From the human T2T-CHM13v2.0 reference genome, Homo sapiens, in NCBI RefSeq assembly GCF_009914755.1, contig NC_060935.1: a DNA stretch of 64,000 nucleotides. One strand, written 5' to 3'. The notes beneath the pieces were generated by a model that ran no database searches, was not told where the DNA came from, and saw only the letters and a program-made list of their open reading frames with translations. The position numbers and the translations under genes are program-made. Positions 18,321 through 33,899 of this stretch are shown in pieces (position 1 is the first letter of the stretch; each line of letters opens with the position of its first letter).

Positions 18321-21020
18321 TACTTCACTCCATTCCTCCCCACCCAGTCTACCACATTTCTCCCATATCAAACCAACAGGCTGATAACATCTGGCCTTGA
18401 GGTCTCTGCTGTCGGTTTAACCCCACAGTAGTGTTCTTAATCATGCTTTATACAGAGTGAATGCCTATTTCCCAGACACATTCTGCAGAGAGCTAACAGC
18501 AGGAACCAAAACCAGCCCCAGCAATGAGACAATCACAGTATCTCTCCATTGAGAACAATCAGCTGCAACTGAGGCTGAAATAGAAAATGTTTCATCAAGG
18601 GAGGCCCTCAGCTCTCCTAGGTATTTAGCTTTTGGCCTTAGTAAGTACCCTGAACCAAGACAGCTGAGCTGCGCTGGAGTCTGGATGGAGAGCAAGGAGG
18701 GAGGCACTGGCGAGTCTGGCCAAGTGGGACAGCCCTCTGCCCTCACCATTACTCATATTCGTCATGTTGGGGTCAGGGCCGTGCTACTGAACATAAACTG
18801 GGAGGCCTACATTCCCTCCAACTGTGTCCAGTCACGACCAGTTCAGAATACTTCATCTTTACAAACTTTGCTTATTTTAAAAAATGTTTCCTTGATTCCT
18901 GCAAGCCAAACCCATGGAAAAATAACGGAAACCAAATGCCAGGGAAATAGAGCCAAAGCAAACACATGTGAGCTCTGAAATAACAGGAGATACTGTGGTC
19001 ACGTCTGACCTTCTGAACTGTGCTATGGGTTGAAGCAAAAACAGCTCTTGCTGCTCCTTAAGAGGTGCATGGTAATAGTTTATTTGTAATGTGGAAGAGC
19101 TTGGGTTTAGAGAGATCACCATTTAAAATAGTAGGGACTTGGCCACAGAGCCAGAAATAATATCATTTTGAGGAAAGACTTTTTCTTATAAATGGCCACC
19201 CTTCACCTCCAATGATCAACATTAACCCAAGATCATCTGATTTTTATCTTTTATCTTTTATTAATAAGACCTCCAGAGCTTCTACAAATGTTTCTCTTCT
19301 AATTACACCAATATTTTGGTGCAGTCTAATATAGAAGCAGGAATGAAGTTCACTTGTTTATTTCAGCAGCCTGCAAGAGACAAATGGAGAAGGGCCCAGA
19401 TGAAAATGTGAAATGATGACCCAGGGTCAAAAGGGAAAACAGAGACGACTCCTGGTTTTCACACTAACCAGTTCAGTCCCCAGCAATATGGCAGCGTCAG
19501 ACCTGCTGGGGGCCTGCCAACAGTTACATTCCTGTGAAAAGCCAGTGGCTGCATTTTGGGGCACACAAAACAAGTCACCAGGAGAAATTTGCTCCATGTT
19601 AACATTACCAAGAAAAGACCACAAGCTACAGAGTTTATGCAAATGACGACTGGTTCCCATGGAAGAAATGCTTGTATTAAAATTGGCAAGTTTGCCTAAG
19701 AGTAAAATACTTATTTTCATTAACATGAAAACATGTTTTTCAGATAATATTCTCTTCCTTTAGTTACATCATTAGATGGAAAGCTAGAAGGTACATTTTT
19801 TCCTCCCTGAAGGAGAAAAGAAATACATTGTAAAAATAGCTTTATTGTAATTATTGTGGGGGAAAATAACCTATACATGAAGTAATAGCAAATACCTAGT
19901 AGTCTTTACTGTGTGTTCAGTCACAATGAAGCTTCACTCCTCTCCATGTATGCTATTATTGTCCAGATAATCTGCATGATTGCTATTATTGTCCAGAAGT
20001 TTTATTTTTATTTTAATGGAGTCATATTTATCAATCATTTCAGCTGTTCTTTCTCTTGTTTAAGAATTTTTTTAAACCCCCAAAATCAAAATAATTCCTC
20101 TACATTTTATTCTACAAGGTTTAAATATTCAATTTTTATATTTAGGTATATAAATTATTTGGAACTTATTTTGGATTAAATAATGAGATAGCAATCTAAT
20201 TTACTTTTTCCCACTGGAGAATAAATTTTCCCAATCTCACTTATTCCCACTACCTCCATCCTTTCCACATTGGTAATGCCACATTTTTTGTATGTCAAGT
20301 TTACATAACTGTATGGGTTATCTTCTGAGCTCTGTTCTTTCTATTCCTGTTATGATATCCACAATCTTAATTACTACAGCTTTGTAATATGTTTATATTT
20401 GGTAGGACAATTCCAATACCCTCCCCACTCCATTTTATCTATCTTCTTTTTTGACATTAACCTTTGCCCTTTTATATCAATTTTAGGATCACTCGATTAA
20501 GTTCTAGGAAAATCCTATTGAGATTTTTGTCATAATCTGCAAGGCAATTTGGAAGTGGAACTGATATCTTCTTGATACTGAATCATCACATTAATGAACA
20601 TGATATGCTTCTCCATTTCTTTAGCTTTTCTTAAAAATTTTTGAGAAAAATTTCTAAAAATAAAATTTTACCATAAAGGTCTTGTACATTATTTCACACA
20701 TATTCTCAAATGCACTAATTTTTATGCTAACGTGATGTGTTTTTACAAGATATTTTTCTAATTGTTTTATAGAAATTCAAATGAAGTTTGTACATTAATA
20801 ACTTATCCAGAAATCTTGCTAAGGTTTATTAGTTCTAATAATTTATAGATGTCCTTGGGTTTTCTATTGAGATACTCATAATGCCTGTGAATAATAACAG
20901 TTTTTTTCTTCTTAAATTATTTTATACTTTCTTTTGCCCATCAACATAAGGAATCTTTGTTTTGTTCCTTATTTTGGAGAGAAAGATTTTAAAATTTCAT
21001 CATTAAAGATGATTGCTGTC

Positions 21021-21648
<628 letters not shown>

Positions 21649-22332
21649 TTAGTACCTATCTTTCATTTAGAAAGACTCCTTGTATTCCTATTTTGTGAGG
21701 GGTTGGCTAAGAGAATTTTCTAATCATGAATAGGTATTGAGTTTTATCAAATGCTATTGAGATAATCATATGGCTTTTCTCGTTTAATCTTTTTAATATA
21801 AATCTGTGCATTCCTATGACGAATTTTATTTTATTTTAATACACTTATTAACTTTCTTGTCGTTTGTTTAGTTGTACATATGATATACATTTATAAGTAA
21901 GGCTGATTTGCAATCTCCTTTTTTTATACTCTATTTATCTGAGTTGGGGAATATTCCTTTGTTAATTATTCTTCAGTTAAATTGACACCAACATGAGATG
22001 ATCTGTTCCTTGAATGCTCAGCCAAACTCATCTGGGCCTATGTGGGGGACAAGAGTAAGCTTTTTAACAGCTGATTCCATGTCTTTAATGGTTAAGGCTG
22101 TACTCCTGCTTCAATTTCTTCTTAAGGTAGCTTTGATAAATCATATTTTCCTTGGACATTGATCATTTCCGTCTTTTCAAATTTATTGGTATAGTATCTC
22201 CTTTTTCATCTGTATGGCATCAGCAGTTATGACCCCTTTTTCATTTCTAATATTGTTTGTAAATGCTGACTTGTTTTTTCAAAAAGTTTGGCCAAATCCT
22301 TGTCCATTCGTTTTTTTTCACAGATTCAATTA

Positions 22333-22790
22333 TAGTAGACACTGCTTTAGTTCCATCCAGATTCCCTAGGGCTCTTTTATTCCTCTTCCAGATTCAGGGT
22401 GGTTTCCCTTCCCAGGGCCAGTACCTAAAACTTTTTTTTCAGAAGACTGCCCTCAGGCTACTGGAGGCACTTTGGCCACTTACACAGAGACACTGAAGTG
22501 TCTAGGAATCCACATCCACTCCAGTTAGCCCTTAGCCAATAACTGACAGCTGTGGGAGTATGGAGGCCCCAGGAGAAAGAACGCTGAGTGTACTTCACAC
22601 ATCAGAAACCCACCGTGGGATCAGATGGGAGCTGTTCTCCCTGGGACCTGGCCTGAAATGGTACCCTTGCCTATTTTTCCCTGGCCAGTTTTCACTGCCC
22701 CCTTACCTGCTTCTCTACGGAGCTTTTCCTTCACGGGTGAAATACACACTCATCTTCATCTCAGAGTCTGCTTCCGAAGAAACTAAGACA
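22333..22790 (+). mobile_element. LTR16-family (ERVL) solo LTR
   Basis: gactgccctcaggctactggag..cagccaat-like agccaataactgacag..ctcagagtctgcttc..ctaagaca. Confidence 0.65.
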
Positions 22791-22832
22791 ACAGCAGTTT
22801 TTCTTTTTTTCTTATTCTTTTTATTGTGTTCT

Positions 22833-23155
<323 letters not shown>

Positions 23156-23293
23156 ATTGTGTTCTGTTTTCTAAGACTGTGTCATTAATGCGTCTCGTAC
23201 CTTTCTTTTTTTTCCCTACTATTTCTGGGATATTTAATTTTCTTAGATTAGATGATTAGCTCCTTAATTCACAGTCTCTTTTTCTTAATATAA

Positions 23294-23666
<373 letters not shown>

Positions 23667-23764
23667 ACCATTCCCCAAGTTTTAATGTGTTTCATTTTCA
23701 TTATTTTTAAAGTGTAAATGTTTTCTCATTTTCATATTTATTTTCTCTTTGTGATAATCACTAG

Positions 23765-24085
23765 TACTGGTAACTGACCTGTCCAGCTCTCCTCTTTCTG
23801 GCCAGGTCCCCATCCTCTTGAAGTCAGCTATGCCAATGAATATGTTTTGGTCAACAGAATACGAGTGAAAGTGATGTGTGTTCATTCCACCACTGCAACT
23901 GGCAATATGCCAGGTGATGGAGTCTCCATTAGCTTGAGTCCCAACATAAGAAAATGTGGAAGGGAGCTCCCAGCTGACTTACACTGGAAATGTACCATGA
24001 ATGGGAAATAAACCTTCATTGTTTTAAAATATTAAGATATTTTCAGTTTGTGTATTATTGCAGCATAACTTATACAATTCCAAAT
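23765..24085 (+). mobile_element. MLT1I/J-like MaLR LTR fragment
   Basis: gagtgaaagtgatgtgtg..gaaataaaccttcattgttttaa..attgcagcataac. Confidence 0.65.
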
Positions 24086-24151
24086 GCTACTTTGACCAAA
24101 TAGTCTTTAGAAGTATCTTTCCTTCTCTCTTTTTAATTTTCAAATGTATAG

Positions 24152-24469
<318 letters not shown>

Positions 24470-25251
24470 AGCTCAAGTGTCTCTTTCAAGTTTATATTTT
24501 ATTAGAAGGTGGTCAGAGGATATGTCTTATATGTTACTGAGTCTTTGGTATTTGATGAGATTTTCTTTATGGCCTAGCAAGCAATCAGTTTTTGGGTTTT
24601 GTATGTGTTGACTAGATTAAGCTAGTTAATTTGATTATTCAGATATTCAATATCCTTATTATTTTATATTTTTTACTCCATCAATTACTAAGAGAGATGT
24701 TTTTTATAACTTACTGTCTATAGGTTTTTAAATTTCTCTTAACTTGATTGATTTCTGCTTTAAATATATTTGAGGACACCTTAAGTACGTGCAAGTGGTT
24801 AACTGCCTTAGACTAGTAAAACAACCTTTGTTTTAAAATCTATTTGTCAGAGTTGCTTCTGTAAGGTGCTCCAAAGTTGTCACTGCCTGGGACATCACTG
24901 GCCTTAGCTACCTTTCATATTTACTTCCCAGCTGGGGAAGTGTGGCATGTGATTTTAGAACTGCACACATGGTTTAAATTCAAGCCCCAAGCCCCTGTGA
25001 TGTAGGCCTCTCTTCCTTGTCATCTTCTTGTATGGACGGTAGATTGTTTTCTAGCCCCCCTGTAGTAAAGACATAACCCTTCTCCATGAATGGTCTAAGT
25101 TTCAACTTTTCACCACAGGCAGGCCCACTGCCTCATCTCCCTTCACCACTTGTAGCCACAGCATCAGCTCAACTCACACCCTTTCTCCTTCAGTTTTTAT
25201 GCCCTTTTGTTCATTTTTTTTTTCCCTGCCTCTGGAAATTTCACTTATCTT

Positions 25252-25324
25252 ACTAGTACTTTCTAAAAGAAATTTTACAGTAGTAGAAAGTGCACTAGTA
25301 CTTTCTAAAAGAAATTTTACAGTA
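25252..25324. repeat. Perfect 31-bp direct duplication with an 11-bp insert
   Basis: actagtactttctaaaagaaattttacagta at 25252-25282 and 25294-25324. Confidence 0.92.
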
Positions 25325-25371
25325 CAGATTACCTGGTCCCAGCAGACCTAGTTGTCTTAATTATATTTTAT

Positions 25372-25689
<318 letters not shown>

Positions 25690-27745
25690 TAATTATATTT
25701 TATAAGTGCATGTCACTAATGCTTTTGCCTTTCTGAGCAAAGAGATCAGGGGGCTGAAAGCAAGATTAGTGACAGGACGGAGAAAACAGCATTGTGTTCC
25801 TGTTCTTTGGAAGATATTCTTTTGAGTCCACCAACTCTGACTGAGATCACTATCATACCCTCATAAAAAAAAAAACAAAAAAACAAAAAACCTCTTAGGT
25901 TTCTTTTTTTCCCTGTTCCCTTATTTTTCTTTTGGGGCAATAACCAAGGAGAGGAGTTTCAGGGAGCTTAGAAGGAAAATCATAGAAGGAAAATCATAAA
26001 AGGAAACATTGATGATAATAACAACATTAATAATAAGAGCTAACATTTACTTATTAACATTTAAATAAGCCAGGCCCTGAGCAAAGTATCTGAAACCTGA
26101 AAACCCTGTGAGGAACTGGATCTTTAGAAATGTTAAACAGTTTACTGTGGTTCTCACACCTAGAAATGGTAGAGATCCCAACTTCAGTCATCCAAAGTCA
26201 GAACCTGCACTGTCCGACACCCTCCCTCAAACATTCCAGTTTGAATGTTTTAATTCCTATTATTTACTTATTACCTTCCAATGCCCACACCCCACAATAT
26301 CTATTTAGTCATTTCATCTCTTCCCTTATTACATGGCAGAGGAATATTATGCAAATATAGATTTCTGGAGCATAACTTTTGACTATGCTTGCAAGAGCCA
26401 GCTGAGATGACACTTCCTCCGGGCAGCTTTCATGGATGCCTGCAGGCTGGTTACGTGCCCTCCTCAGGGTTCCTAGAAGCACATTTAGATTTAAGTCTTT
26501 GCTAGTCTATGAGCTTCCTGAGGGTAGAGGCAGTCTCTCATTCCTCTTTGTACCTCAAGCACACAGCACAGATCTCAACACAGCGGGGACACTTCATAAA
26601 CATTTGATGAATGAATAAATGGAAATTGTCTTTCATGGAGAAGGGGATCTCAAACACATTTTAAAGAATGGAGATGTTTCCTTATTCATCTTAAAAATAT
26701 AAATTTATTCTACTTGTATTCTAAAAACATGCAACAATCTCTCTGGAGATTCATATTTTTCTGATTAATGAATAAGTCTATTTCAAAATTGCTGAGGCAT
26801 CATAGGATAAGTGTGACTGCACATAGGGTCCTGTGACTTTCTCAGCTCAGCACTTTCTGGACCTGCAGAGGTCTGTTGCCTCGTGGCTCCAGTCTAACTA
26901 CATGTATTCCATCCAGTTATAAGGAATGTTTTGTTTTGTCCTGTGCCCAAGCACTGCTCTCCCTGTTGTGACAGCATGGCCACCAGATGTTGCCTCCTCT
27001 GTGGGTGGCCACCCTGGGAAACTCTATGAATTTTTGCAAACTGATGTGTTTATCCTGAAAGCAGCATTTTGGCATCTTTTTATTCCCTCCGTCCCTCCAA
27101 AAAACTTTCATGGGGATGCCCTTTAAAAAAATGTGACAAATCTAGGCACAGATACAAATGCTTCGGTCCAAGGCTGACACTGTAGAGCCTTGGTCATTTA
27201 AAGGTGATGAACCCATCTTGCCTTCTGAGAAATAGTACAGAGATATCTCAGTCACCCAGCTCCCCTGAAGCCATGCCATGCTTCCTGCACCAAAGAGTTG
27301 ATGAAGCTGTTCTTCTCCTGAAAAAAGAAAAACCACGTACACTTGGGAACACAGTTCTTTTTAATTGGCCCCAGATGGGATTTTTTAGTATTCCCCCTCC
27401 CATTCCATAATAAATTCTTATAATTCAATAACAGATATTTGTTATTCTTGTGCATGTAGAAGCCAGAAAAAGCCTTTCTCAGCATAGAAAACTGGGAGAG
27501 ATGAAAGCTGAGAGAACAGGGAAGAAGAAGGTGGTAGTTTTTTCACACTTAGATGAAGTAGGAAGGTTACATTGCAAGTGGACAAAGCAGGGCTTGTCTA
27601 AGGAATCTCACTAATCCTAGATTTCTGTTCTTCGGGTGATCAGAGAAAAGAAGGCCACATGGGCTTCAGTCAGACAGAACTTGGTTTGAACCCTGTCTCT
27701 GCAATGTAGTAGCTATGTGATGATAAGCAAATTACCTAACCTCTC

Positions 27746-28088
27746 TGTTAGGTTCTAACTGAGGTCCGAGGGGAGTTGGTGGGCAAGTGGCAGGTAGCTG
27801 GAAAAACACTCGAGGAAGCATAAACAGTTTTGACATGGCTTTACTCTCTCTCTGGGCATGAGTGAGCCTGGGCGCAAGCTGTATGTACAGCAACAGCAGG
27901 GTAGTTATACCTTTTACAGACAATAGTGGCTCTGAGCCAAGCAGGAACTCATGTGGGTGATCACCTAATGCGCCTCATGTGGCGTGGTTCCATAATGTGC
28001 AGAGTTGTGCACCTGCACTCCAAACCCGCTGAGTCATGCTATGCCACCTCAGCCTACCCCTGACTAAAGCACAACCATTTCCCTTATG
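27746..28088 (-). mobile_element. LTR18A-like (ERVL) solo LTR inserted into a MIR (~27650-28215)
   Basis: tgttaggttctaactgaggtccgagggga...gactaaagcacaaccatttccctta; 5-bp TSD ctctc (27741-27745 / 28089-28093); the MIR core (aacctctctgaacttcagttt) is split at the insertion. Confidence 0.8.
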
Positions 28089-29749
28089 CTCTCTGAACTT
28101 CAGTTTGCTGTAAAATGAGAATAATTCTTCCTACATGGCAGGATTGTTGTGAACATTAAATGAGAAATCGATTAAGCCCTGGACACAGTACCTGGAACAT
28201 AGCAAGTAGCTGTAATTAATAATCCCATGTAATAAGAGCTGTTTTGTTGTTTATAGAGACTAGTATGATGTAATGAGGGAAATGCATGATGTGAACTTGT
28301 ACTGAGGGACACACAGACCAAAACATTTTCTCATCCATGACCTTATCATGATACCTATCCTTCCTCACTATAAAGCCATTCCATAAGGGCCATCTGGAAA
28401 CACGTGTTTGACAAGATTAAGAGATTATGACACTGAGGTAGACAGATAAAGCAAGAGCTATCTTACACATTATGAAGGATTTGTTAAGGGGAGAAAAACC
28501 CATTAGCAACCAAGTTCCCATTGCATAAAGCCAGTTGCTGAAAGAATAAGACAGTGGAAACAGGTAAGTTTTGAAGAGGAAAGAGGAAATGTATGGTCTA
28601 AGGCATAGATGATACTGCAAGGGAGAATCCCTGGAGATCAGATCACCCATGGAGCATAAAACAGGAAGGGTGGAAAGGTTCCGGAAGAGGGATAGGAAAG
28701 AAGGACCAAAGTCCAACTTTGCCAGTTTTAAAATTTTGCATTAGGTAAGGACTAAAGAAAAAAATATTTTGTAAATTGACACCATTTTAAAGATTCCTAT
28801 TGAATGATCTTGTTGAGTGAAAATTCATGAGTAATCACGAATTTTCATCCTGCATTTGATTTAAGGCTTAAGTCAGGATGGGTGTAAGAAGGAAATGCAG
28901 GAAATGGTAAACCCCTGTAATCAAGCAAGATAAAGTCCGTATGAGGAGTGACTATTTTACTTCACCCTGGCTCAGGCAATTTCTGGCAGTGCAGCTTTGG
29001 ACCTTGCCCCAGGTTTATTCCACAGCTCGGAAGTTAAAGGCTACTCTGCTGCATGAGGAATTGCCAAAGGCACAGAGAACCCCACGACCTAGGCCTGAAC
29101 AAGTCATTATCCAACAATATGCATTAAGTGTCCACACCCCACTCAAGACAAAAGAATTGCCCTCAGTCAATAAAACTGGGCTAGTGGACAAAAGCCACAG
29201 GGAGACCACTCTAAATTCAATAATAGAAAAGCTTTCTCATACTTAGAGCCGTTCAAAGGTTAGAATATAAAGTAGTAAGATCCCCATCACCAACTGTATT
29301 TCAAGCAGAGGCTGGCTTGTAGAAATTCAAATATTAAAGAGGAAACGGGACTTGATGAGTGTAAAGTTCACTTCCAATCTTCCAGTCCTATAAAGATAGA
29401 GGCATGACCTCCAACTACAATGAACTTACAGTTTCACCAAGATAAGACAAATTGTAAAAATAACAGCAGCTCCAAAGCAACATAAAATGAGCCAAATTAA
29501 TGGTCTAAAAACTCACTATAACAATTCCAAAATGCAGCTCTCCAGAGAATATTCAAGAAAAACCTGAAATTTCTCATCCCTTTGCATAAGCAATAATTGG
29601 ATTACTTCCTGGTAGTAAGAGAAAGAAGAAGAAAACAGATGATTTAGAGCCAGAGGAATTGGTAGACTGAGTCTCATGCTGTCCTACTGTGTTCCTGCAT
29701 AAATGTGGTATAGAACGTGATGCCCACCAATGAAAAATAACCTCAAATA

Positions 29750-30006
29750 GGCTGAGCATGGTGGCTCATGCCTGTAATCCCAGCACTTTGGGAGGCTGAG
29801 GCAGGCGGCTTACTTAAGGTCAGGAGTTTGAGACCAGCATGGCCAACATGGTAAAAACCTGTCTCTACTAAAAATACAAAAATTAGCCGGGTGTGGTGGC
29901 ATACACCTGTAGTCCCAGCTACTCGGGAGGCTGAGGCATGAGAATCGCTTGAACCCAGGAGGTGGAGGCTGTAGTGAGCGAGCTAGCCTGGGCAACAGAC
30001 TAAGAT
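29750..30006 (+). mobile_element. AluS with internal deletion in the right arm
   Basis: gtgagcgagctagcctggg lacks the cgagatcgcgccactgcactc segment; TSD remnant ctcaaata on both sides. Confidence 0.88.
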
Positions 30007-30162
30007 GAAAAGAAAGAAAAAAAGAAAAGAAAAGAGAAAAGAAAAGAGGGGAGGGGAGGAGGTGGGGGAGGCAGAGAGGGAAGGGAGGGGAGGCGGAGGG
30101 AGAGGGGAGAGGAGGCAGAGGGGGAGGGGAGGGGAGGCGGAGGGGGAGGGGAGGGGAGAGGA
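30007..30162 (+). repeat. Polypurine (GAAAA)n grading into a (GGGGA)n tract
   Basis: Almost pure A/G with many G3-G5 runs. Confidence 0.9.
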
Positions 30163-30397
30163 TGCTCAAATAAACAGTTGCTTTGCAATCTCATGAGAAA
30201 AACCAGATCTGCTTGAAGTGTTAATTCAGAAGACAGAATGTGTGACCTCATGATTTTTCATATGCTTTGCAATCATTACTTATTCATTCTTCATTTCTGA
30301 CAGATAGGGGGATAGCTTATAAAATGTATTCCTCATCCTACTAACATCGTGCATCAGCTTGAAACAGGAAACACAAGACATACAAATTATTTAAGGC

Positions 30398-30580
30398 CTT
30401 GCTACTCAGTGTGGTCCAAAGACCAGCCATACTGGATCACCTGGGAATGCCTTGGCAATGCTGAATCAGCTCTTCTACCCACTGACTTCACTCCCAGACC
30501 TATGGAATCAGAATTTGCATTTTAATGAGAACTCCAGTGATTTCCATGTACACTAAAATTTGAGAAGTCCTAAACTGGGC
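30398..30580. mobile_element. MER5B/A hAT MITE
   Basis: gctactcagtgtggtcc..atcacctggga..gaatcagaatttgcattttaa..ttgagaagt. Confidence 0.7.
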
Positions 30581-30619
30581 AACAATGATTCTGTTGTCCA
30601 CCTCCTGACCTTCCCCACC

Positions 30620-31039
30620 TGATATGGATTGGATGCTTGTCCCCTCCAAATCACATGTTGAAATGTGGCCTCCGGTGTTGGAGGTGGGCCTAGTGGGAGG
30701 TGTTTGAGTCATGGGGGTGGATGCCTCATGAATGACTTGCCGCTGCTGTCCTCACAGTAATGAGTGAGTTTTCTCTGAGTTCACAAGAGAACTGGTTGTT
30801 TAAAACAACCTAGCACCTCCTCCCCCCTCTCTCTTGCTTCCTCTCACGCTTCCATGTGACATGCTGGCTCTCCATCTCCTTCTTCCATGATTATAAGCTT
30901 CTTGAGGCCCTCACCAGAGCAAATGCTGGCATTATGCTTCATGTATAGCCAGCAGAACAATGAGCCAAATAAATCTCTTTTCTTTGTAAGTTACCCAGTC
31001 TTGGGTATTCCTTTATAGCAGCATAAAGGGACTTATACA
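30620..31039 (+). mobile_element. MSTB-like MaLR solo LTR
   Basis: TG...CA ends (tgatatgga..ttataca), 5-bp TSD ccacc/ccact. Confidence 0.88.
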
Positions 31040-32166
31040 CCACTTGAAAGCTTTAAGAAGAAACAGCCTCTGAAAAACAAAAAAAGGAGAAAATTACTTG
31101 GACTATAATCATGAATGGAATCATTGATCAATCCATTTGCCTTGTTCTAGAAAATTTCCTATTGCTAACATGGTGCAGGCATGCTTTAACTGGGCTAGCA
31201 GAGCCTCTGGCTTGTTCTGACCCAAGTCAGCTGATTAGTCTCAGGTAGTTATTACACTTCAGGGGAAAGGAGAGGAAAGCCTTAAACAAGCGCCTTGACA
31301 AAGAAAGGCAGCTGTTTCTCATAAACTGCAATGAACAAGCCTAGCTAGGCTTCATTCATCCTTTATAACCTTCAGTCTCCTGCCTTTGTCAACAGAGAGA
31401 AATCCCTTCCTGCTGGGATGACTTTGGAGACACTAATAGCTGCAACGCAAGCTCGAGCTTGAATGGTAGTAAAGAAGAGCTTATTGCACCTCCACGTATG
31501 ATAAATACACAAAACAAATATAAAGTATTTCCAAAAATACTTGCTGAATTCAAAAAGGCCATTCACTGTAGGAAATACCATAGATTTAATAATAGCTCTT
31601 CAGGAGGGGTAGTCAATGCTTCTTTAAATGAGACACAGACATGTCCCTGTTTTTAAAAAAAGTTAAATTAAGGAGGGGAGGGTTTGTGGGAGTATATCTT
31701 AGAATCAAGGAAACTTGGCAGATCAGTGCTTGACCATTTCATTGGCCAGTTTTGCTAACAAACATTAGCAATTAAGTTTTTACATTGCTTCCTGCAAATG
31801 TATGTGAAAAAATGAAGTTCACTGTTTTTTGAAGGCATTTGTTATACTGCAGAATGAAAACACAATCTGAAGGGCCATAAAGAGAAATATCAAGACTCCA
31901 CCTTCTCCAGATACATTTGGGTTGAAAATTAGATAAATCTAGGGGCTTTGTGCTCCTGCAAAACACTGCCTTTCACGATCTGGGGCCTGAGTCTAATCAC
32001 CTAATGTCCCATACTTGATAAGGAATGCCCATCAGACCATGAGTGTATACATGTGGAGTACATGGGATAGTATTGGTCAGAATCAGAGAGAAAAACTGAG
32101 GCCCCAAAGGGGGACAAATATTGTCTCCAAAATACACAACGAGTCAGTGAAATTCTGATTCCCTGA

Positions 32167-32478
<312 letters not shown>

Positions 32479-33085
32479 TAAGTCCAGTATGTTTCATTCT
32501 CTCATACCTCCTCCTTCAGACCATCCTGGGGTCCTCTGATGTAACAGTCAAGCTCTTTTCAAATGAGTAAGATTCCTCCCACTCTAGCACTAGCAGGAGG
32601 AAAACACACCAGTTAAGAACTTCAGAAGGTCCCAATAGGACATCGAAAGCCAAAGTTAGACAATGTACTTCCCCTGTCCTGCCTGGATACAAAAATCCTC
32701 TAACAGCATTACCATGTGCCATGGAATTTACAATGGATTGTTTTTGCTAATGGAAAAGTACTTTCTTCCTATGGCCTTCTGGAAAATTGTGTTTTCTACT
32801 TTCTTTTTCTTGCTGTTAAATTAATTCTACATAAATATTAGGATTTTCAACAAGCTAAATTTATCATAGAGAAAGTTAAAAGGAAGAATCCTGTGGGTTA
32901 ATGGGTGGGAAAATCTATGTCACAAGGAACTGTGGTCATATTTGCTTTTATAGACCTTTCTCTGAATTTTCTAAAAAATCGAAGTGGATATTTATAAAGC
33001 GCAAGTTTTTTAAAGAATTACTTCTCATAGAGGCCTCAAGCTTTCAAGAATAAGTATCACTAGCTTATTCTTCCCCTGAATGCTA

Positions 33086-33104
33086 AGGCTCCCTCTAGTG
33101 ACCA
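33086..33104 (-). promoter_or_regulatory. Candidate CTCF binding site
   Basis: Minus strand TGGTCACTAGAGGGAGCCT versus the consensus TGGCCACCAGGGGGCGCTA; lies in non-repetitive DNA. Confidence 0.55.
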
Positions 33105-33395
33105 AGAACATACACCAACTACAGGTATGAGAGTAAACATCTCTTGCTTTTAGATAACGCCTTGAAGTTTCAATAGCATTTTCACACACATCTGATCATT
33201 TAAAATAAGGCCACATGAAGTATGGTTTCCTCCATTTAAAAGGTAGGCAAACTGAGGCTGAAATGGGACCGACACTTATGCAAGGTCACATGGCTGGTAA
33301 CTAGGAAACCAGAGCTAGAGATCAGGTCTGCTGACTCCTAGGCCCTATTGCTCTGTTGCACTGCCTCATATTCTATGGCAATTACATAAAGTCAT

Positions 33396-33824
33396 GGTCA
33401 TAGTCCGTTTTATGTGGCTTATAACAGAATAACTGAAACTGGGTAATTTATAAAGAAAAATAACTTATTTCTTACAGTTATGAAGGCTAAGAACTCCAAG
33501 GTTGAGGGGCCATATCTGGTGAGAGCCTTCTTGCTGGTGGGGACTCTCTGCAGAGTCCCAGGGTGGCACAGGGCATCACATGACAGGGAGGGCTGAGAAG
33601 GCTAGCTCCAGTCTCTATTCCTCTTCTTATAAAGCCACCAGTCCCACTCCCGTGATAACCCATTAACCCACTAATTCATTAATCTACGAATGGATTAATC
33701 CATTCACAAGGGCAGAGTTTTCATGATCCAATCACCTTTTAATGACCCTACTTCTCAATATTGCCACATCAGGGATCAAAGTTCAACATGAGTTTTGGAG
33801 GGGATAAATATTCACACCATAGTG
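33396..33824 (-). mobile_element. MSTC-like MaLR solo LTR
   Basis: ctgggtaatttataaag..ggggactctctgcagagtccc..ttcaacatgagttttggagggg..accatag. Confidence 0.8.
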
Positions 33825-33899
33825 ATTATCCATGAATACTGTCATAAATGCTACTATCCTTTCTACCTTCATGAAATCACTTTCAGGGAATTTATGGAA

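Noticed and set aside
19951-19997. 17-bp direct repeat tgctattattgtccaga; similar micro-duplications at 17582-17625, 23314-23337 and 25970-26009
   Set aside because: Ordinary slippage or junction duplications with no further structure.
31337-31461. Palindromes aagcctagctaggctt (16 bp) and caagctcgagcttg (14 bp)
   Set aside because: About one 16-bp and several 14-bp palindromes are expected by chance in 64 kb; their proximity is curious but unsupported.
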